From: Lama guanicoe
Taxonomy: Eukaryota
Assembly (NCBI GenBank): GCA_013239625.1
Contig: MU054338.1
Span: forward strand, 4,551,371 to 4,615,370
Direction: 5' to 3'
Length of the DNA: 64,000 nucleotides
Positions 12,910 to 28,400 of the stretch are shown here, in pieces. A model generated the notes under the pieces. The model was not told the DNA's origin and did no database searches. It saw only the letters and a list, made by a program, of their open reading frames with translations. Within the stretch, counting starts at the first letter, position 1, and each line of letters starts with the position of its first letter. Both the position numbers and the translations under genes were made by a program.

Positions 12910-15900
12910 GTGAGTGGAACCAAGAATTCCCCTCTCTTCTCCCTGTGCCCTGGATATCCAATTCCGGCTTTGGTTGCTCTCTCAAATTTGGCACTTTCTC
13001 CAGATAGTACTGTGCACACATATCCTATGAGAAGCTCTTATATTGAGTCTCTAAGTTGCTCTCTCTCAAGGCAGAATGGAGACAAAGACTTGGGTGTAAG
13101 TAACTTATTGGGGAGGGATCCCAGGAAGTACAAGGGAGGGAGAGGGGGATGTCAAAGAGGGAAGGGAGAAGAGTGAATGAAAGGAGGGCTAATGAGGGGT
13201 TACCACTGTCTGTAACTGGCACTCAAATCCTACTGGGGACTCTTCCGGTATGTGAGGTGCCTTAGAAGTGCAAGGAGTCCTGATCCTGGACCACTTGACC
13301 TTGTCACAGGCTGCAGGAAAATGCCGTTTTCTAGAGTGAAACAGTGAGTTATCTGAATGCATAGGAAAGCTCTCTGGGATGGGCGCAGGGGACGCGCCAA
13401 CTGTCTGCCATGCCGACTGACCACCAAGTGGGTCCATGCCACGGCTTAGTACATTACAGTGGCCTGGACCTACCCATCCTTCTGCTCTGGGCTTGAGGGT
13501 CCTCAAGGCCATAAAAATACCCTCAGCGGACTTGAACACAGACTAGAAGTCTTGTCAGGAGTTGGGTGCAGAACCTCTTATAGCTGTAATCGGATGCAGC
13601 TCGCGTTCCAATAGTGTAAGATGCCCTCCTGTGACTCTAGTGTTTCTAGCCTGCCGGGAGGAGCCCACAGTGACGCCAGCACACAGATGGCTTGGCAGGA
13701 GACAAAGCGCCCAACTCACTCAGGCTTCAGCCAAGCAGAGCCTCAGGGCGTCCCCCATCTGCACCATCCCCCCCTCTCTGTTCCAGGTCTCAGTGTCCTG
13801 CTGGCTCTGTCAGGATCAGAAGCAAAGAATTCCGGAGGTGAGTTTACTCGTTGTGAGTTGGGATGTGGAGCCTGCCTCCAGGGGAGAGCAGGAGCCCTTC
13901 TGGAGAGAACACCCAACCTCTGCTACTCTCTGCCAATTCCGTGGGGCGCCCAAGCACTGTTACCCTTTCTTCAACATCAATGTCACCACCTCCATTGATT
14001 AGCTCTTGCATTGCACTGGGATCAGTGCTGAGCAAATTGCATGCAGCATCGCATTAAACGGCACTGACGTTCCTTCAAAGGAGGTTCTGACGTTAACCCC
14101 ACCGGACCAATGGCCCTGTAGAGAAGTAGCTGGTTCAAGGTCATAAGGCTGGTGGACAGTGGACTATCCCCTTTCCTTCCCCAAAGCCCACCTTTCAACT
14201 CATTTTGGGAGGTATCTTTGCCTTTATCCCATTTCATGGGTTGGGTCTCCCCAGAAGCAGATTCTGAGATCAGGACATGAGAACAAGTCATTTATCTGGA
14301 AGGCAATTCCCAGGAAGCACCAGCTCGGAGGGGAAAATTACAGGCAGGGGTGGGGCATCAACACAGGACCTGCTGTCGAGCAAGTGGCACGTGGTGACCG
14401 GAGCTCGCTGCCCTGGAGGCTGCTGGACAGACCAAGGACAGTGCAGCTCAGAGTTATCCCCCTCAGTGGATAGGGAGGCTGTTTTCTTACTGTTCATTTT
14501 TTAAAATGGTTGTACAATATACATCACACAAAATTTACCATTTTAACCACTTTAGGTGTGCCGTGAAGCACATTCACACTGCTGTGTAACCACCTCCATC
14601 ATCCATCCACAGAACCTTTCTCCTCTTGCCAGACTTAAACGGTGCACCCATTAAATAATGAATCCCCATTCCGCCTCCCAACAGCCCCCAAACCTACCAT
14701 TCTGCTTTCTGTCTCTATGAATGTGGCTGCTCTAGGTACCTCATGTAAGTGGAATCACACAGCAGTTGTTCTTTAGTGATGAGCTGATTCACTTATAAAA
14801 ACGTCTTCAAGGTTCGTCCATATTGTAACATGTCAGAATCTCCTTCCTTGTTAAGCCTGAATAGTGTCCCATTGTGTGAATGGACCACATTTTATTTACC
14901 CATTCATCCACTGATGGAAACTTTGGTTGCTTCTGCCTTTTCGGCTTTTGTAAATAGTCCTGCTGTGAACATAGGCAAATACCTGTCTTCGAGACCCTGC
15001 TTTCAATTTCTTGGACTATATACCAGGAGTGGAACTGCTGGATCCCATGGTAATTCTAATTAAAAAAAATTTGTTGACAAATTGCCACACAGGTTTCCAC
15101 AACAGTTGCACTATTTTACATCACTACCAGCAGTGCACTAGTACAATTTCTGTACATCCTGCCAACACGTATTATTCTCTGTCTATTTTTGACAATAAGA
15201 AAGATTTTTTTTTCAATCCACTGTCATTTAATACATCCAGTCAGTCATTGATCGAGGGAGCTGCTCCTGGGGGAAGAAGGTATTGCTAACCTGCCATGTG
15301 GTGAGCAAAGAGGATGCTGGTGGCCAGAGAAAACCCTCGGTAGAGAAACACAGGTGCCGGCAGTTGGAAGTTGTACTGTCAGGCAAATGCGGTGTTGGTG
15401 GCAGAGGTGGGATAAGGGTGGGGCACTGCGAGCATCTGTGTTCAGCAGTAAGATGGGTGCGAAAGGGGTGCCAACAGAGCTATTCCCAGGAGGACGTTGT
15501 TCCAACCACAGCATAAGGAACATCATAGGTGTTCAACGAATATTTCTTGAATGAATGAATGAGCAAATGAACAAATGGATCCCATGTTCAATTGCAGCTT
15601 TCTGTCCGCCGTGCCCAGAAAATGCCGACTGCTACAACAGCACCCACTGCACATGCAAAGGTGGATTTCAGTCCACTTCTGGGAGGAGATACTTCAAGCC
15701 CAATGAGAAATGTGAAGGTAAAAAGCAGTCCACACTCACCTTGGAGTTTGGAGAGGGTCAGGGACATTCTTCCTGGCCCCAATCGCTGTGTTTTATAGGG
15801 GTGCTGGTATTGTAAAGATGCAAAAATATTACAAGATGAAAAAGTCAGGGCTGCCTCAGTGGCCTTAGGGAAGTCCCTAGCCCTTGTCTCCTTCTCACTC

Positions 15901-16433
15901 TCATCTCAGTACTGGCTTGATGATCCCTGATATTGGCTTGGTTTTTCTTGAGAAGAAAGCGGAGTTCCCAGGACCCTGGGCTCTTGAAGTCTCAAGTGCT
16001 GATTTTTTGTTTTTTGTTTGTTTGCTTGTCTGGGAATTCCACAAGGGCAGGGATCTTATCTGTTTTGTTTATTGCTGTATGCCTAAGACAGAGAATCATG
16101 TCACAGAGCAGATACCCTACAAATGTGTGTTCACCAAGAGAAAAAAATGAATAAATTATCTTGGCACTCCATGTCCTCCATGATCTGGTCCCACTTTTCA
16201 CTACTCCCGTCTGCTTGAGCCAAAATCCTTTTTCATCTCCAAAATTCTAAAGGTCGATTTGAATACCGAGGGAAGTACCACTCCTGAGCATCTAATTGCT
16301 GGAACTGGGTATCTGATGGAGTTGTAGTGTCAGTTCAGAAGGTGAAGCAGAAAAGAGTAGAGCATTTAGGATTTATTTCATTTCATTTCACTTCATTGTT
16401 TTTTTTAGTTTCTAGGGGGGGCGTAGGAAATTA

Positions 16434-16469
<36 letters not shown>

Positions 16470-19400
16470 TTTAGAGGAGGCACTGGAGATTGAACCCAGG
16501 ACCCTGTGCGTGCTAAGCACACACTCTGCCACTGAGCTACACCCTCCCCCTCAGTTCACTTTTATTGTGACAAAATATACATAACTTACAGTTTACCATT
16601 TTAGCCAGTTTTAGGTGTGTCTTCCAGTGGTACTAAGTACATTGCCATTGCTGTGCAACCATCGTCACCATCCATCCACAGAATTTTTTCATTATCCTAA
16701 ACTGAAACTGTATCCATTAGGGACTAACTCCTCCCAGTCCTTAGCAACCACCATTCCTGTCTCTGTTAATATGACTCCCATAGGGACCTCCTATAAGCAG
16801 AATCATACAATACTACATTTATTTATTTAAAATTTTTTTAATTGTAAAATATGCGTAACATAAAATTTACCATTATAACCACTTCTAAGTGAACCATTCA
16901 TTATTATGAGGTACATTTACTCATTTTTGTGCCATTATCACCACCATCCGTCTCCAGAACTTTTCTATTTCCTTTTTTTTTTTTTCCTCTGGGGGAAGAA
17001 ATTATGTTTATTTATTTACTTTTTTTTTTTTTTGATGGAGGTCCTGGGGATTGAACCCAGGACCTCATGCATGCTAGGCATGTGCTCTACTACTGAGCTA
17101 CACCCTCCTGCCTTCCAGAACTTTTCTCATCTTGCAAAACTGAAACTCTGTCCCCATTCAACACTCACTTCCCACTGCCCCTCCCCCAGCCCCTGGTACC
17201 CACCACCCTACTTTCCATCTCTGTTAGTTTGACTGTTCCAGAGACTGCATGTAAGTGGGATCATGCAATGTTGGTTGTATTTATTTTTTTAACTTTTTGT
17301 TTTGAACTGTGTTTTTTAACTGATTTAATAAACTGTGTGGTTCAAGCATTAAAAAAACCAAGCCTCTATCCTTACTGCAGTGTTTTGACTTGCCACCATT
17401 GTTGTATTCCAAAGCCCCACGTGTACGTGGGTGGGTCTGCTTCTGGATTAGTTGGTCTGTTCCCCAAGTCTATTCATGCACCAGCACCTCATAGTTTTAT
17501 TGAAGTTTTATAGTGTGATTTAATGTTTGGTAAGGTCAGTCCTCATCTGGTAGTTTTTCTGATTATTCGTGTATGGTAATATCAAGGCATCTCTCTCCGT
17601 AAAATACATGTAGAAAATTTTTTTGTCGGGTCTTATTGGCTTTATCAATTAACTTAAGGAGAACCCACGTCTTTATAATACCGAGTCATCTTAACCAAGA
17701 AGAGACATCCTGGGTACGTCTCTGACTGATGTTGGATAGTAGAGACGTCACGGGCAAGGGAAGGTGGTATGGTTTTATGAGAATAGAAAACGACATTTTC
17801 TCTTGCTTCACAGATATTGATGAGTGTCAGACTGGACTGGCAAAGTGCCAACAGGAGGCATATTGCAGAAATCAAATTGGAAGTTACTACTGCAGCTGTG
17901 TTCCAAATTTTCCCATCTTCAACTGGGTGGCTGGCATCATTAAACTGAATCATGAAAACTGTTACGGTAAGAACCTCCGAATACTCTCGCCGCCGTGAAG
18001 AGGGAGGCAGGGGGAGAGCTTTTGAGAGTTCTGCCAATTTCAGGTCAGGGTAAGAGAGCAGAGATCTGCCCTGGCTTCTGTCACCCTTCAATCCACTGTT
18101 GTCCTTGGTAATCTTTTCCTGAGAGATCTCATTCAAGCCCACGGCACCGACACCCATCTCCATGTAGATGCCTTACAAATTTCTGTCTCCTGCCCGGACC
18201 TCTTTCCTGGGCCTCCTAAACGACATTTCTAATTTTCTACTGGGCTTCTCTACATGTTCCTCTCTGACTCTCGTTAAATTCAATTTCTGCGTCTGTCTGC
18301 CTGCCTGCATACTAACACCTGTGATTTCCTGCCAGTACCTCTGATTCCAATCCAATGCCAAGGTTTGATCTAGCGTTCCTCTTTCCTTATTTGTAGCTCC
18401 TTTCTCCAACACTGAGAAACCTGGTTCTCACTATCCAACCTGTGTATTAATTTGCTCATTCCTAGTATAATTCCAAGTTTTGAGTTAGATGGATTGGATT
18501 TAATTTCCGGCCCTACCATCAACCAGCTGCATTTTGGGTGATGACTTAACTTCTGTATGCTCCATCTGTAAGTGAGAATGCCAACAGTGTCTGCTGTATT
18601 GGTTATGGGTTGTGATGTAACAAATTACCCTGGCACCAGTGGCTTTAAACAACATACAGTTGAATCTTGAACAATGTGGGGGTTGGGGCGCCGACTTTCT
18701 GCACGGTTGAAAAATCTGTGTGTAACTTGACAGTTAGCGCTCCTATCCATGGTTCCACATCTGCAGATTCAAACAACCACGGATTGTGTAGGTCTGCCAT
18801 ACATATTCGTTGAAAAAGTCTGTGTTTAAGTGAACCCATGTGGTTTAAACCCGTGTTGTTCAAGGGTCAACTGTATATTTGACCTGTATATTTTACAGTC
18901 TCACAGTTTCTGTAGACCAGGAAACGAGGCATGGCTTACCTGGGTTCAGGGTTTCTCACAGCTGCAAAGTGTTGGCTGGGGATGCAGTCTGATCTGAAGG
19001 CTTGATGTGGGTGCAGATCTACTTCCAAGCTCGCTCACGTGGTTGCTGGCAGGATTATGTTCTTTGAAAGCTATTGGCCTAAAGACCTCAGCCCCTTTCC
19101 GGCTGTTGGTGAGAGGCTGCTCTCGAGTTCTTACACAGGTGGGCTTCTCTAGTTTGCTGTATTACAGCAAGTGCAAGAGAATAGCCAGACAGAGACTGTA
19201 AGCAAAACAGAAGTCAGTTTTTTTTAACCTAGTCTTGGAAGTCACATCCTCTCACTTTTACTGCATTCTGTTCATTGGAAATGAATCACTGGGTCCAGTT
19301 AGGAGGGGAAGATTACACAAGGGTGTGAATAAAAGGGTGTGAGGTAGGGATTGTTGAGACTCATTTCAGAAACCTGCTTATCTCAGGTTGTAATGGGTGG

Positions 19401-22400
19401 AATGTCACACCCTTCCCCGATTCCTGTGCACCTCGAGCAGGTGAACGTGGTCCTATTTGGTGACGGAGTCTTTGCAGACAGAGTCAAATCAAGACGAGGT
19501 CATGCTGGATGCAGTTGAACCGAGCCCAGTAAGCCTGATGTCCTAATGTGAAGGGGAAATGTGGGCATTGAGACATAGAAAGACGCGCTGAGCCAAAAGC
19601 AGAGGCTGGAGTTACAGCGCTGTCAGCCAGGGACACCGGAGACGGCTGGCAAGCCCCAGAAAGAAACAGAGAAGGGTCTTCCCCAGAGCTGGCGGAGGGA
19701 CCACAGCCGTGCTGACATCTCAATCTTGGACTTTCAGCCTCCAGAGTCTTGAAAGAACCCACTTCTATTTTTTTAAGCCACCCGGTCTGTGATACTTTGT
19801 CTCTGCAGCCCTGGGAAGCGAATACACCCCACTTGCGATGATTAAGGCAGGCAGGAGACTTAGCGCAGTGCTGGGAACCTAGGGGAGCGCGATAAATATT
19901 AGCTATTATGCTATGCGTATCTTGGTTCTAGAATCTTCTGTGTTCCTTTAAATGAGATAGCGGCTAAGAAGTCACTTTAAATACCATGCTGTTGAGGGGA
20001 GGGTTTAGATCAATGGTAGAGCGCATGCTTAGCACGCATGAGGTCCTGGGTTCAATCCCCAGTACCTCTGTTAATAAACAAAAAACAAACAGACAAACCT
20101 AATTATCTCCTCCCCCAAAACAAATAAAATAAAAACTTGGAAAAAATAAGTACCATGCTGTGTAGACAACAGCAGGCATTATTGCTGCCTGTATCTTATT
20201 ATCTCAATTAACACCCATTCCTTTGGGACACCTTCTCTGTGCCCCCAGTGTGACCCTTTTCAGTATATTCCCAACTCATCTCATCCTATTTATTAAGAAC
20301 ATGTTGACTCTTGCAATCACTTAATCATTTATTTGTCATTATTTGCTTGGTGACTTTCCCACCCGACTGCAAACTCCACAAGGAAACACCTTTTGTCTCT
20401 TTATTAACCTACATCCATAAGATTTAGCCTGGCTTTTGTAGGTGCTCCATAAATACTATCAACTGGATTGTTTAGCTGGAAACTCCATCCTAATTCCTTT
20501 TAAACTTCTACTGTGGAAGGCACTTGGGCCTTCCTAAAGGGGAGTTAGGAGAGGGTGTGGGCACCTCAGGGAAACAGCCAACGCGAGGATGGCTGGGATA
20601 AGGATGTGTATCCGGGCGTGTTGTCTGTTATATTCCATTGAACTGCTGCTTTTCTTTCCCAGAGGATGCTGGTGAGAAGCCACTGCTATCAGGGAACGTT
20701 TGGGTGAGTAAGGTGTCGCCTAGGTTTGGAAAACAGCTGATCAGTCTTACTATGTCATTCTCCTGCTGAAATACTACCATGGCCCCCTCTGGCTTACAGC
20801 ACACAGCACTCCTTATCCAAGAGTGATCTTGTCCTCTATCCCAGGGGACAAATGGCAATGTCTGGGGATATTTTGAGTTGTCACAACTAGGGTGCTACTG
20901 GTATCTAGTGTGTAGAGACCAAGGATGCTGTTAAACATCCTACAATGCGCTGGGCAGGCTCCCGTGACCATTATCTGGTCTCAGATGTCTATAGAGAAAC
21001 CCTGGGGAAGGGTTTAAATGCCTCAGCTGTCATTCAAACACTGGTATCTAGAGCTGTATTCCACCCCCTCTCTCCATCACCACTTCCCACGCACTCTTTG
21101 TAGGGTCCAGACAGCTCACCCTTTAAGCCTTCCTGTTCTCATCAACACAATGGACTGGTGATACACCCTTATGGGCTGTGTGTCACAGACAAGAAGGTAC
21201 ATATCCGCCTGATAGCACAGAGCCCAGCAGCACCTTAATACATGCTATTGCCTTCTGGGCTCACCCAGCCGCGCTTAATGTGTCTTCCTGCTTTCTTTAG
21301 TTGGAACACGTCTGCTTAATTAGCTTTTTTCTTTGAAAGGAAATTCTAAGGAACAATGGCAGCAAAAAACACATCGCAGAAAAGGCTACCCAACTTCTTC
21401 AACAAATAGAATTGCTCATATGGAATAAGAGTTTTGTTTCTCCCGGAAAGCATGAAAATGCTACGCTTGGCATAGGTAAGAAGCACTCAGCATCTTCCTT
21501 ATGCCCCGAGAAGTGTTTGAGGGTGATCTTCCATCAGACCTTGTGTTTATATATTTATATGACATGGAGAGAGTTCACCCAGGGGATTCTTCCCAAATGC
21601 AGATCTGCTTCTAAGTAATGATTTCCTTGGAAAACTTCTATTTTTTATTTTTAAATTAAAAAATTTGAAATGTAGTGGATTTACAATATTGTGTTAGTTT
21701 CAGGTGTACAGTGTAGTGACGGTTTTTTTTTGGCAGATTATATTCTGTTATAGGTTATTACAAGATATTGGGGGTAATTCCATGTGCTATGCAGTAAATC
21801 CGTGTTGCTTATTTATTTTATGTATAGTAATTTGTTAATCCCATATTCCTGATCTGCCCCTCCCTGTCCCTTTGGTAACCATAAGTTTATGTTCTGTGTC
21901 TGTGAGTATTTTAAGGAAATTTCGTACTGTTTCTGGGACACCTTTAAATGCTTAGCTTTTCTTTCTTAAAAATTAAGTTCTCCCCTCCCCAGACACTCCA
22001 TTACACATTTTTTTTTCAAGTTTTGCCCTTTAAATATTCTATGGTAAAGGCTGAGTTTGCCTACCCTAGCTCTGGCTCTGGGAAGCCTGGCCATCTCCTC
22101 TCTTCCCCTGAGCTGTGTGGCCAGTGCAGGATACTCACATCATGTTAACCACTTCATCTCCACCTGCCAGAAATGAGAGAGTAGTACCATCTGGTCTACC
22201 TTGCCTGCAGTAAATGAAATCACCAGTAGGGGGTCTTCCAAAGAAGGGTGATCTTCAGCGAGTTTCTTAGGCAGGAGAAGTGCCCGAAGCAGGACTCACT
22301 TTCTTACCGTTTTCAGTCTATGAAACCAAGAGGTGCAACGAGACAAGTGAGAAAACTATTCTGGAGGCCGGAAATAACACGATGAATATCGACTGTTCTG

Positions 22401-25400
22401 CCTCCTTCAAAGGAGCCACAAGAGGTACTGTGTCTAAGACGGACTCTCTTGACCTCCAAATTCTAGGCACTGTTGTGTCATTTCTGGGTGGCTGGGCCAA
22501 GAGATGGGGCTTCTAAAGGTTTCAAGGTAAGGAGATGCTGTGTGGTGGAATTAAAAGGTCTGCCTTGACCAGTAACCAGACAATTTGGAGGACACACTTG
22601 TGACAAACACACAGGTTCAGACAGAGATCCCTTGATACGCTTCCTTAAAAGGGAGGGGCTGATGCATGCTGTTTCCACGTGATGATCCAAAAAAGCTCCC
22701 TCCTGATGGTGGCAGATGACTGTCGCCTTAAACACTCTTTCCCTGGAGAAGCATTTTATGATCCCTCTATTTAAAATAGCCACCCAGTCTTCCTCTATCC
22801 TGCAGGTTGGCAAACTTCTTTCTGTAAAAGGACTAGGTGAGAAATATTTTTGACTTTTCGGCCAGGTGCTTTCTGTTATCCTACTCCACTCTGACATTAT
22901 AGTGTGAAAGCACCCATAGATGACACGTAAATGAAGGGACCCAGCTATGCGCCAATAAAACTTGATGTGCAAGAACACGTGGTAGGCGGGATTTGACCCC
23001 CAGGCCATAGTTTGCCGCCCCTGCTGTATTCCATCACTTTATATAAGTCTCTGCATCACATCCACACTATGAGATCTTTTTCTAATTCATTTATTTGCTT
23101 GTCCGTCTCTCCCACTACAACATCAGCTCTCTGATACAGGGACTCTTTTTTTTTTCCTGTCATGTTACAAAGTCTGGTGCATGGTAGTTGCTCAGCAAAT
23201 ATTTGATGAATAAATAAATTAATTCATGCATAAAAATGTTTTAAAGAGAAAGACCCAGTTACCTTGAGAGTGTCTTCACTACCACTGCAGTTCCTCTAGA
23301 AACATTCCTGGCTACTGATTGATCTTCACTCTTTACTGTGAGCTTTAGAATATCAGAGGGGGAAGGAAAAGATCTTAAAATCAGTTGATTTTTTTTAACG
23401 GAGCAAATAAAAGTACAGGTGGCAAGTGACTTTGGGTAAAACTGAGATGGTGGCACATGAGTGACTGCAGTTGAGGAAACACTGCAACACGCTGTGCATT
23501 GAACTTCTGGGACTTAATTATTCTTGCGTGAAGAAGGGGAGGGGAAGAGGATGGGAGGGAGATAGAGGGAGAGAAAAAGAAACAGAGGCAGATAGAGACA
23601 CAGAGAGGTAGAGGAAGGGAGAGAGGGGAGGAAACTGAGAGAGTGAATTAAATAGAGTGAGTCATCCTGCGAAATTTTCCATTAAGTTAGACATCCCAGG
23701 GTGAGCTTCAGATGGAAGAAGGGAATGTTTGGTTTCCTCATCCCACCTGAGTTTCACCTTCTGAGGATGAACATCTTGCCTCATGATTCTAATTTTGATG
23801 TCGACGGCTCATATACATTTTTACCACACATCAATGGGATATTTTGCATATAAATCCCTTATAATGTGTGATGCATTATAATACATATTACACAGGCAAA
23901 ACGCTACTCCCCAAGCCACATGTGATAGGTGAATTAGGCAGTGGAAGGGATTTCCAAGGAAGATTTTGGCTATACCTAACGTTTGCTGTATGACCCTCAC
24001 ACAAAACACTAGCGTACCCATTCCCCAAATTCTAGACACCCTATAAAATGATTTTCCTTCCATTTTCTCAGATAGGAATGTCGTTGCACTGATCACTTAC
24101 CGGTCTCTTGGGAATATTCTAAATGGATCCTATTTTGACAATAGAAGAGGGGCAGAGGGAGTCAAATTGAACTCTCAAGTGATAAGTGGCTCCATTGGTG
24201 TGAAGGAAAAAAAGGATCTATCTAAACCTGTGTTCCTGACCTTCCAGCATACTCAGGTGAGCAAAACCTAGGCTAGTTCTGTGTGCATTACTTTAAGGGA
24301 TGTATCATCACAGTCCTGGTAGGAAACTGAATTCCGTTCTGATCATTCAAAGAGAACCAACGGGAAATGTTGAGGTACTGTGGGAAACTATTATCACATT
24401 CAAACTTAACATTGCAATGGAGGAATGAGCATTGCTGAGCCAAGGGAAGGCTGGAGGCATGGAGGAGGGATTGCCCTGGAGATGGAGGTAGCCTGCAGCA
24501 GAAAAGGAGTCTGGAAGAAATACGCGTTCTGCCTCTCCTATCATCCAATGGTCTCTCACCAGTTCCTCTCATTGGTCCTACCAATGACAAGCAGCTTGAG
24601 TCAGGTAGTTCATAAGGGTCAATCCTGGGAGATCTGAGATGACCAGAGACAGGCAGAATAAAGGCAGAATAAACCCCACGGTCAACATGTGCTATGAGAC
24701 TCTTCCCCACAAACATTCCAGATGAGAGAATTTTCCCAGTCCAGGTTCCAACCCAGTGCATCCATGATTAGCCTGTAAAACCAGAAGGAGACCCGCTTTT
24801 ATGCTATTCTCTTTCCAGCCTGGCGGTGGGAGAACAAAACATCTCTGCGTCTACTGGAAAGGATCGGAGGAGGGAGGCAGCTGGTCGACAGAGGGATGCT
24901 CTCACTGGAGCAGCAACGATTCTCACACCAAGTGCACGTGCTCCCACCTCTCCAGCTTTGCTGTCCTCGTGGCTCTTGCTCCCAAGGTACCACGAATCAT
25001 GGGCCCTTCTCATGAACGTGACTGTGTCCAGGAAGCTGTGAGGTCTTCCTCTCCGTGTCTTAGAAAAAGACTCTAAGATAAGGAGTCAAGCAGAAGTAGC
25101 TTACTTGAGAGGTAATTCCAAGACGTACCAGTAGGGGGCTGGCGAATGGACGGGAAAAGGACAGGAGCCAACGCAGAGAGCATTACCAAGGCAGTTACCG
25201 CTTTGGGTAACCGAAGGTTACTTCCCTCTGGGGGATTCTTGGAGTCCACGTAGGAGACACACCTCAGACTCATCCTAACTGAACGGGGAGAAAGCTGAGG
25301 TATTTACACACCACCTCCCCTTCAGCCCTTTGCTGAAAGCTGCATCCAGGGGATGTTCATTCTCTGACAGCCCATTCAGAGTGGCCAGAATGAGCTCAAG

Positions 25401-28400
25401 CTGACAGAGGAAGCCCTCAGACATTGAAAAGCGGGGTTGTCAGCTCCGACGGTGGGAAAGTTCAAGGTGATCTGAGATCAAAAACACCTGTTACTCTGCT
25501 AGAGAGAGTTAGAGAAAGCCCCTCCATAGGCCAGAGGGAAGACGACTGACTATCATCAATGAAAGAGCCTAGCCCCCCGATCTCCCCAGATCCCAACTGT
25601 GTCTCAGGTAACTCAGGCTTAAAGAAACCTACCTAACTTCTTTCCCCATTTCCTTTTAGCACCCATTTATTGAGCATTTACTGTAAGTCAACTGTCATAT
25701 TGCATATTTAAATGCACAGCTTCATTTTATTCATTCAACAAACTCATGAGTACCTACTATATCAGATGCCACCCTAGGCACTGTAGATACAGCAGAGAAC
25801 AAGACAGATAAAGAAATCCCAGCCTTCATGAGATGACTTTTGAGTGCCGTTGCCCAAAAGGACCACCGGTCACATGTGGCTATTGAACACTTGAAATGTG
25901 ACATGTGGGACTGAAGAACAAAACTAAATTTTACTTAATTGTAACTTACTTAAATGAAGAAGTAGTGCAAAATATTTTTCCATTAAACTCAACTTTACTG
26001 TTTGACCACATTTTACTTTAACCATTGAAAACAGAGCATCAGAGCTGAGAAGCACTCAGTGTAAAATATACACTGAATTTCAAAGGCTTAATATGGAAAA
26101 AAAAGGATATCAAATATCTCATTAATAATTATTTTGCATTTAACAACAAGGTCTCATTGTATAGCACAGGGAACTATATTTAATGGTTTGTAGTAACCTT
26201 GAATGAAAAAGAAAAAAAATATATATATAACTAAGTTGCTATGTTGTACACCAGAAATGAATACAACATTGTAAATCAACTATACTTCAGTTTAAAAAAA
26301 TAATTGTTTTACATTGACTATAGTTTGAACTGATTATATTTTGTTATATTATTATATTAATTATATTACATTCAACACATTGAACTCAGTCTTTTGAACA
26401 TATACTATTAAATTAATTTGGCATGTTTCTTTTTACATTTTCAAAAATATGGCTACCAGAAAATTTAAAATTCTGCATGTGGCTCACCTATTTCTTTTCT
26501 TTCAAAAAATATTTATTTATTTTGGCTTTTGGGGGGGTTATTAGGTTTATTTATTTATTTAATGGAAGCACTGGAGATTGAACCCAGGACCTTGTGCATG
26601 CTAAGCATGTGCTCTACCACTTGAGCTCTGCCCTATAAAATTATACATGTGGCTCACCTACTTCTATTGGACACCGCTGGTTTTAGTTTTTCAACAGCCC
26701 TGTGTGATAAATGCTATCGCTGCCCCTATTTTGAAGAAGGGATCACCAGATCTCAGGGAGATTAAGCCACTTGTTTGGGAGACTGAACTGGGAAGCCCAG
26801 CTGACGCTTCGTCAGAAACATGACAATAGAACTGGAAACTATAATGGATTCCTCCTTTGGTGGCTCATAGGAAGATCCTGTGCTGACTGTGATCACCTAC
26901 GTGGGGCTCAGCCTCTCTCTGCTATGCCTCCTCCTGGCAGCCCTCACCTTCCTCCTGTGCCGGCCCATTCAGAACACCAGCACCTCCCTGCACCTGCACC
27001 TCTCCGTCTGCCTCTTCCTGGCCCACCTCCTCTTCCTCACAGGGATTAACCAAACTGAGCCTGAGGTAGGTGATTTAACCAAATTGCCTCATTGTCGTAA
27101 TCCCATCTAGCCATCTTGATTTGAGGAAAGATGGGGAGAGAGGCAATGATCAGCAGTGAGGGGTAGGGGGAAAAAACAAGCATTTCCATTTCAACTCTCC
27201 TCCTATATAACTTTGAACAAGACCTGTACTTTCTGAAGGGCCATTTAGCAAAGTGACTGAGCGTCAGACTGATGGTGTTAGATAGGGTTACAATAGCTGC
27301 TGTAACAAATAAACTCCAAAATCCTAGTAGCTTATCAAAAGAGTAGTTAATTTTTCCATATGGATCAGTAGAAGGTGAACAAATAGGTTTGAAGGGTGTC
27401 TCTCCTCCAACTTCAGGCCAGTGGAGGTTTTTATCTTCCATGCACACCTTCCAAGGTCATCCTGGGGCCCTTTCTATCTTGGCCAACTGGCCAAAGAGAA
27501 AAAACACGGTGGAGTCCTAGGAAAGAGATTTATATGGACCACCTCAGGAAGTGGTGTATGTCACTTCCTCTTAAGTTCCACTGGCTAGAATTCAGTCACA
27601 TGGTCACACCTAACTGCAAGTCATGCTAGGAAATGTAGTCTCTGGCTGGGAAGACATGCCCTAGTGACAAATCTATATTCTAGAATTGGGGCTGGAAGGA
27701 GGCTTGAAGTTTTGGTGGACGGTGGCTTTGCCACACTAATTTACCCTTGAATCTCAACTCTTCATCCTACTTGCTCTATGTTGTTGTTAAAGTGGTTTTC
27801 CCGTTGAAAACTTCCTCTCCAAAACAGAAGCATTGTCATAGAGCTTTAGTAAGGACCTAGCAAGATAAAGCATTGAAAGCATCTGGATTAATCACTCAGA
27901 GAACATTACCTTTTATTTTCACCACAATCATGATCATCATCACATACAGGAAGATTTGGAACTAGATGTTCTCCAAGGCTCCTTTGAACCCTAAAACACT
28001 ATCATCCCATAGTCTGAAGATTATGAAAGCACAATATGTTTTTTTTTGAGAGGCAATATAGTGCTATGGTTAAGAGTAATTATGGTCTCTGGAGATAGTT
28101 TGGGTTTCAAATCCATTTTTTTTTTTTACTAGCTGTGTGACCTTGGGGGAGATTTTAACTTCTCTGGGCCTCAGTTTGTTTATCTGAAAATAGGTAGAAG
28201 TTGTCAAACTACAGTGCTCAGACCCAGTCTGGCCCCTACCATCTGTTTTTATAAATAAACGTTTACTGGAACCATGACCTCTGATGTCTGAGGACTGAAG
28301 AAGATGGATGTCCCAGCTCAAACAGAGAGAGCAAATTCTCCCCCTCTCTAACTTTTTGTTATATTCAGGCCCTTAAGGATTGGATAATGCCCACCTTCAC

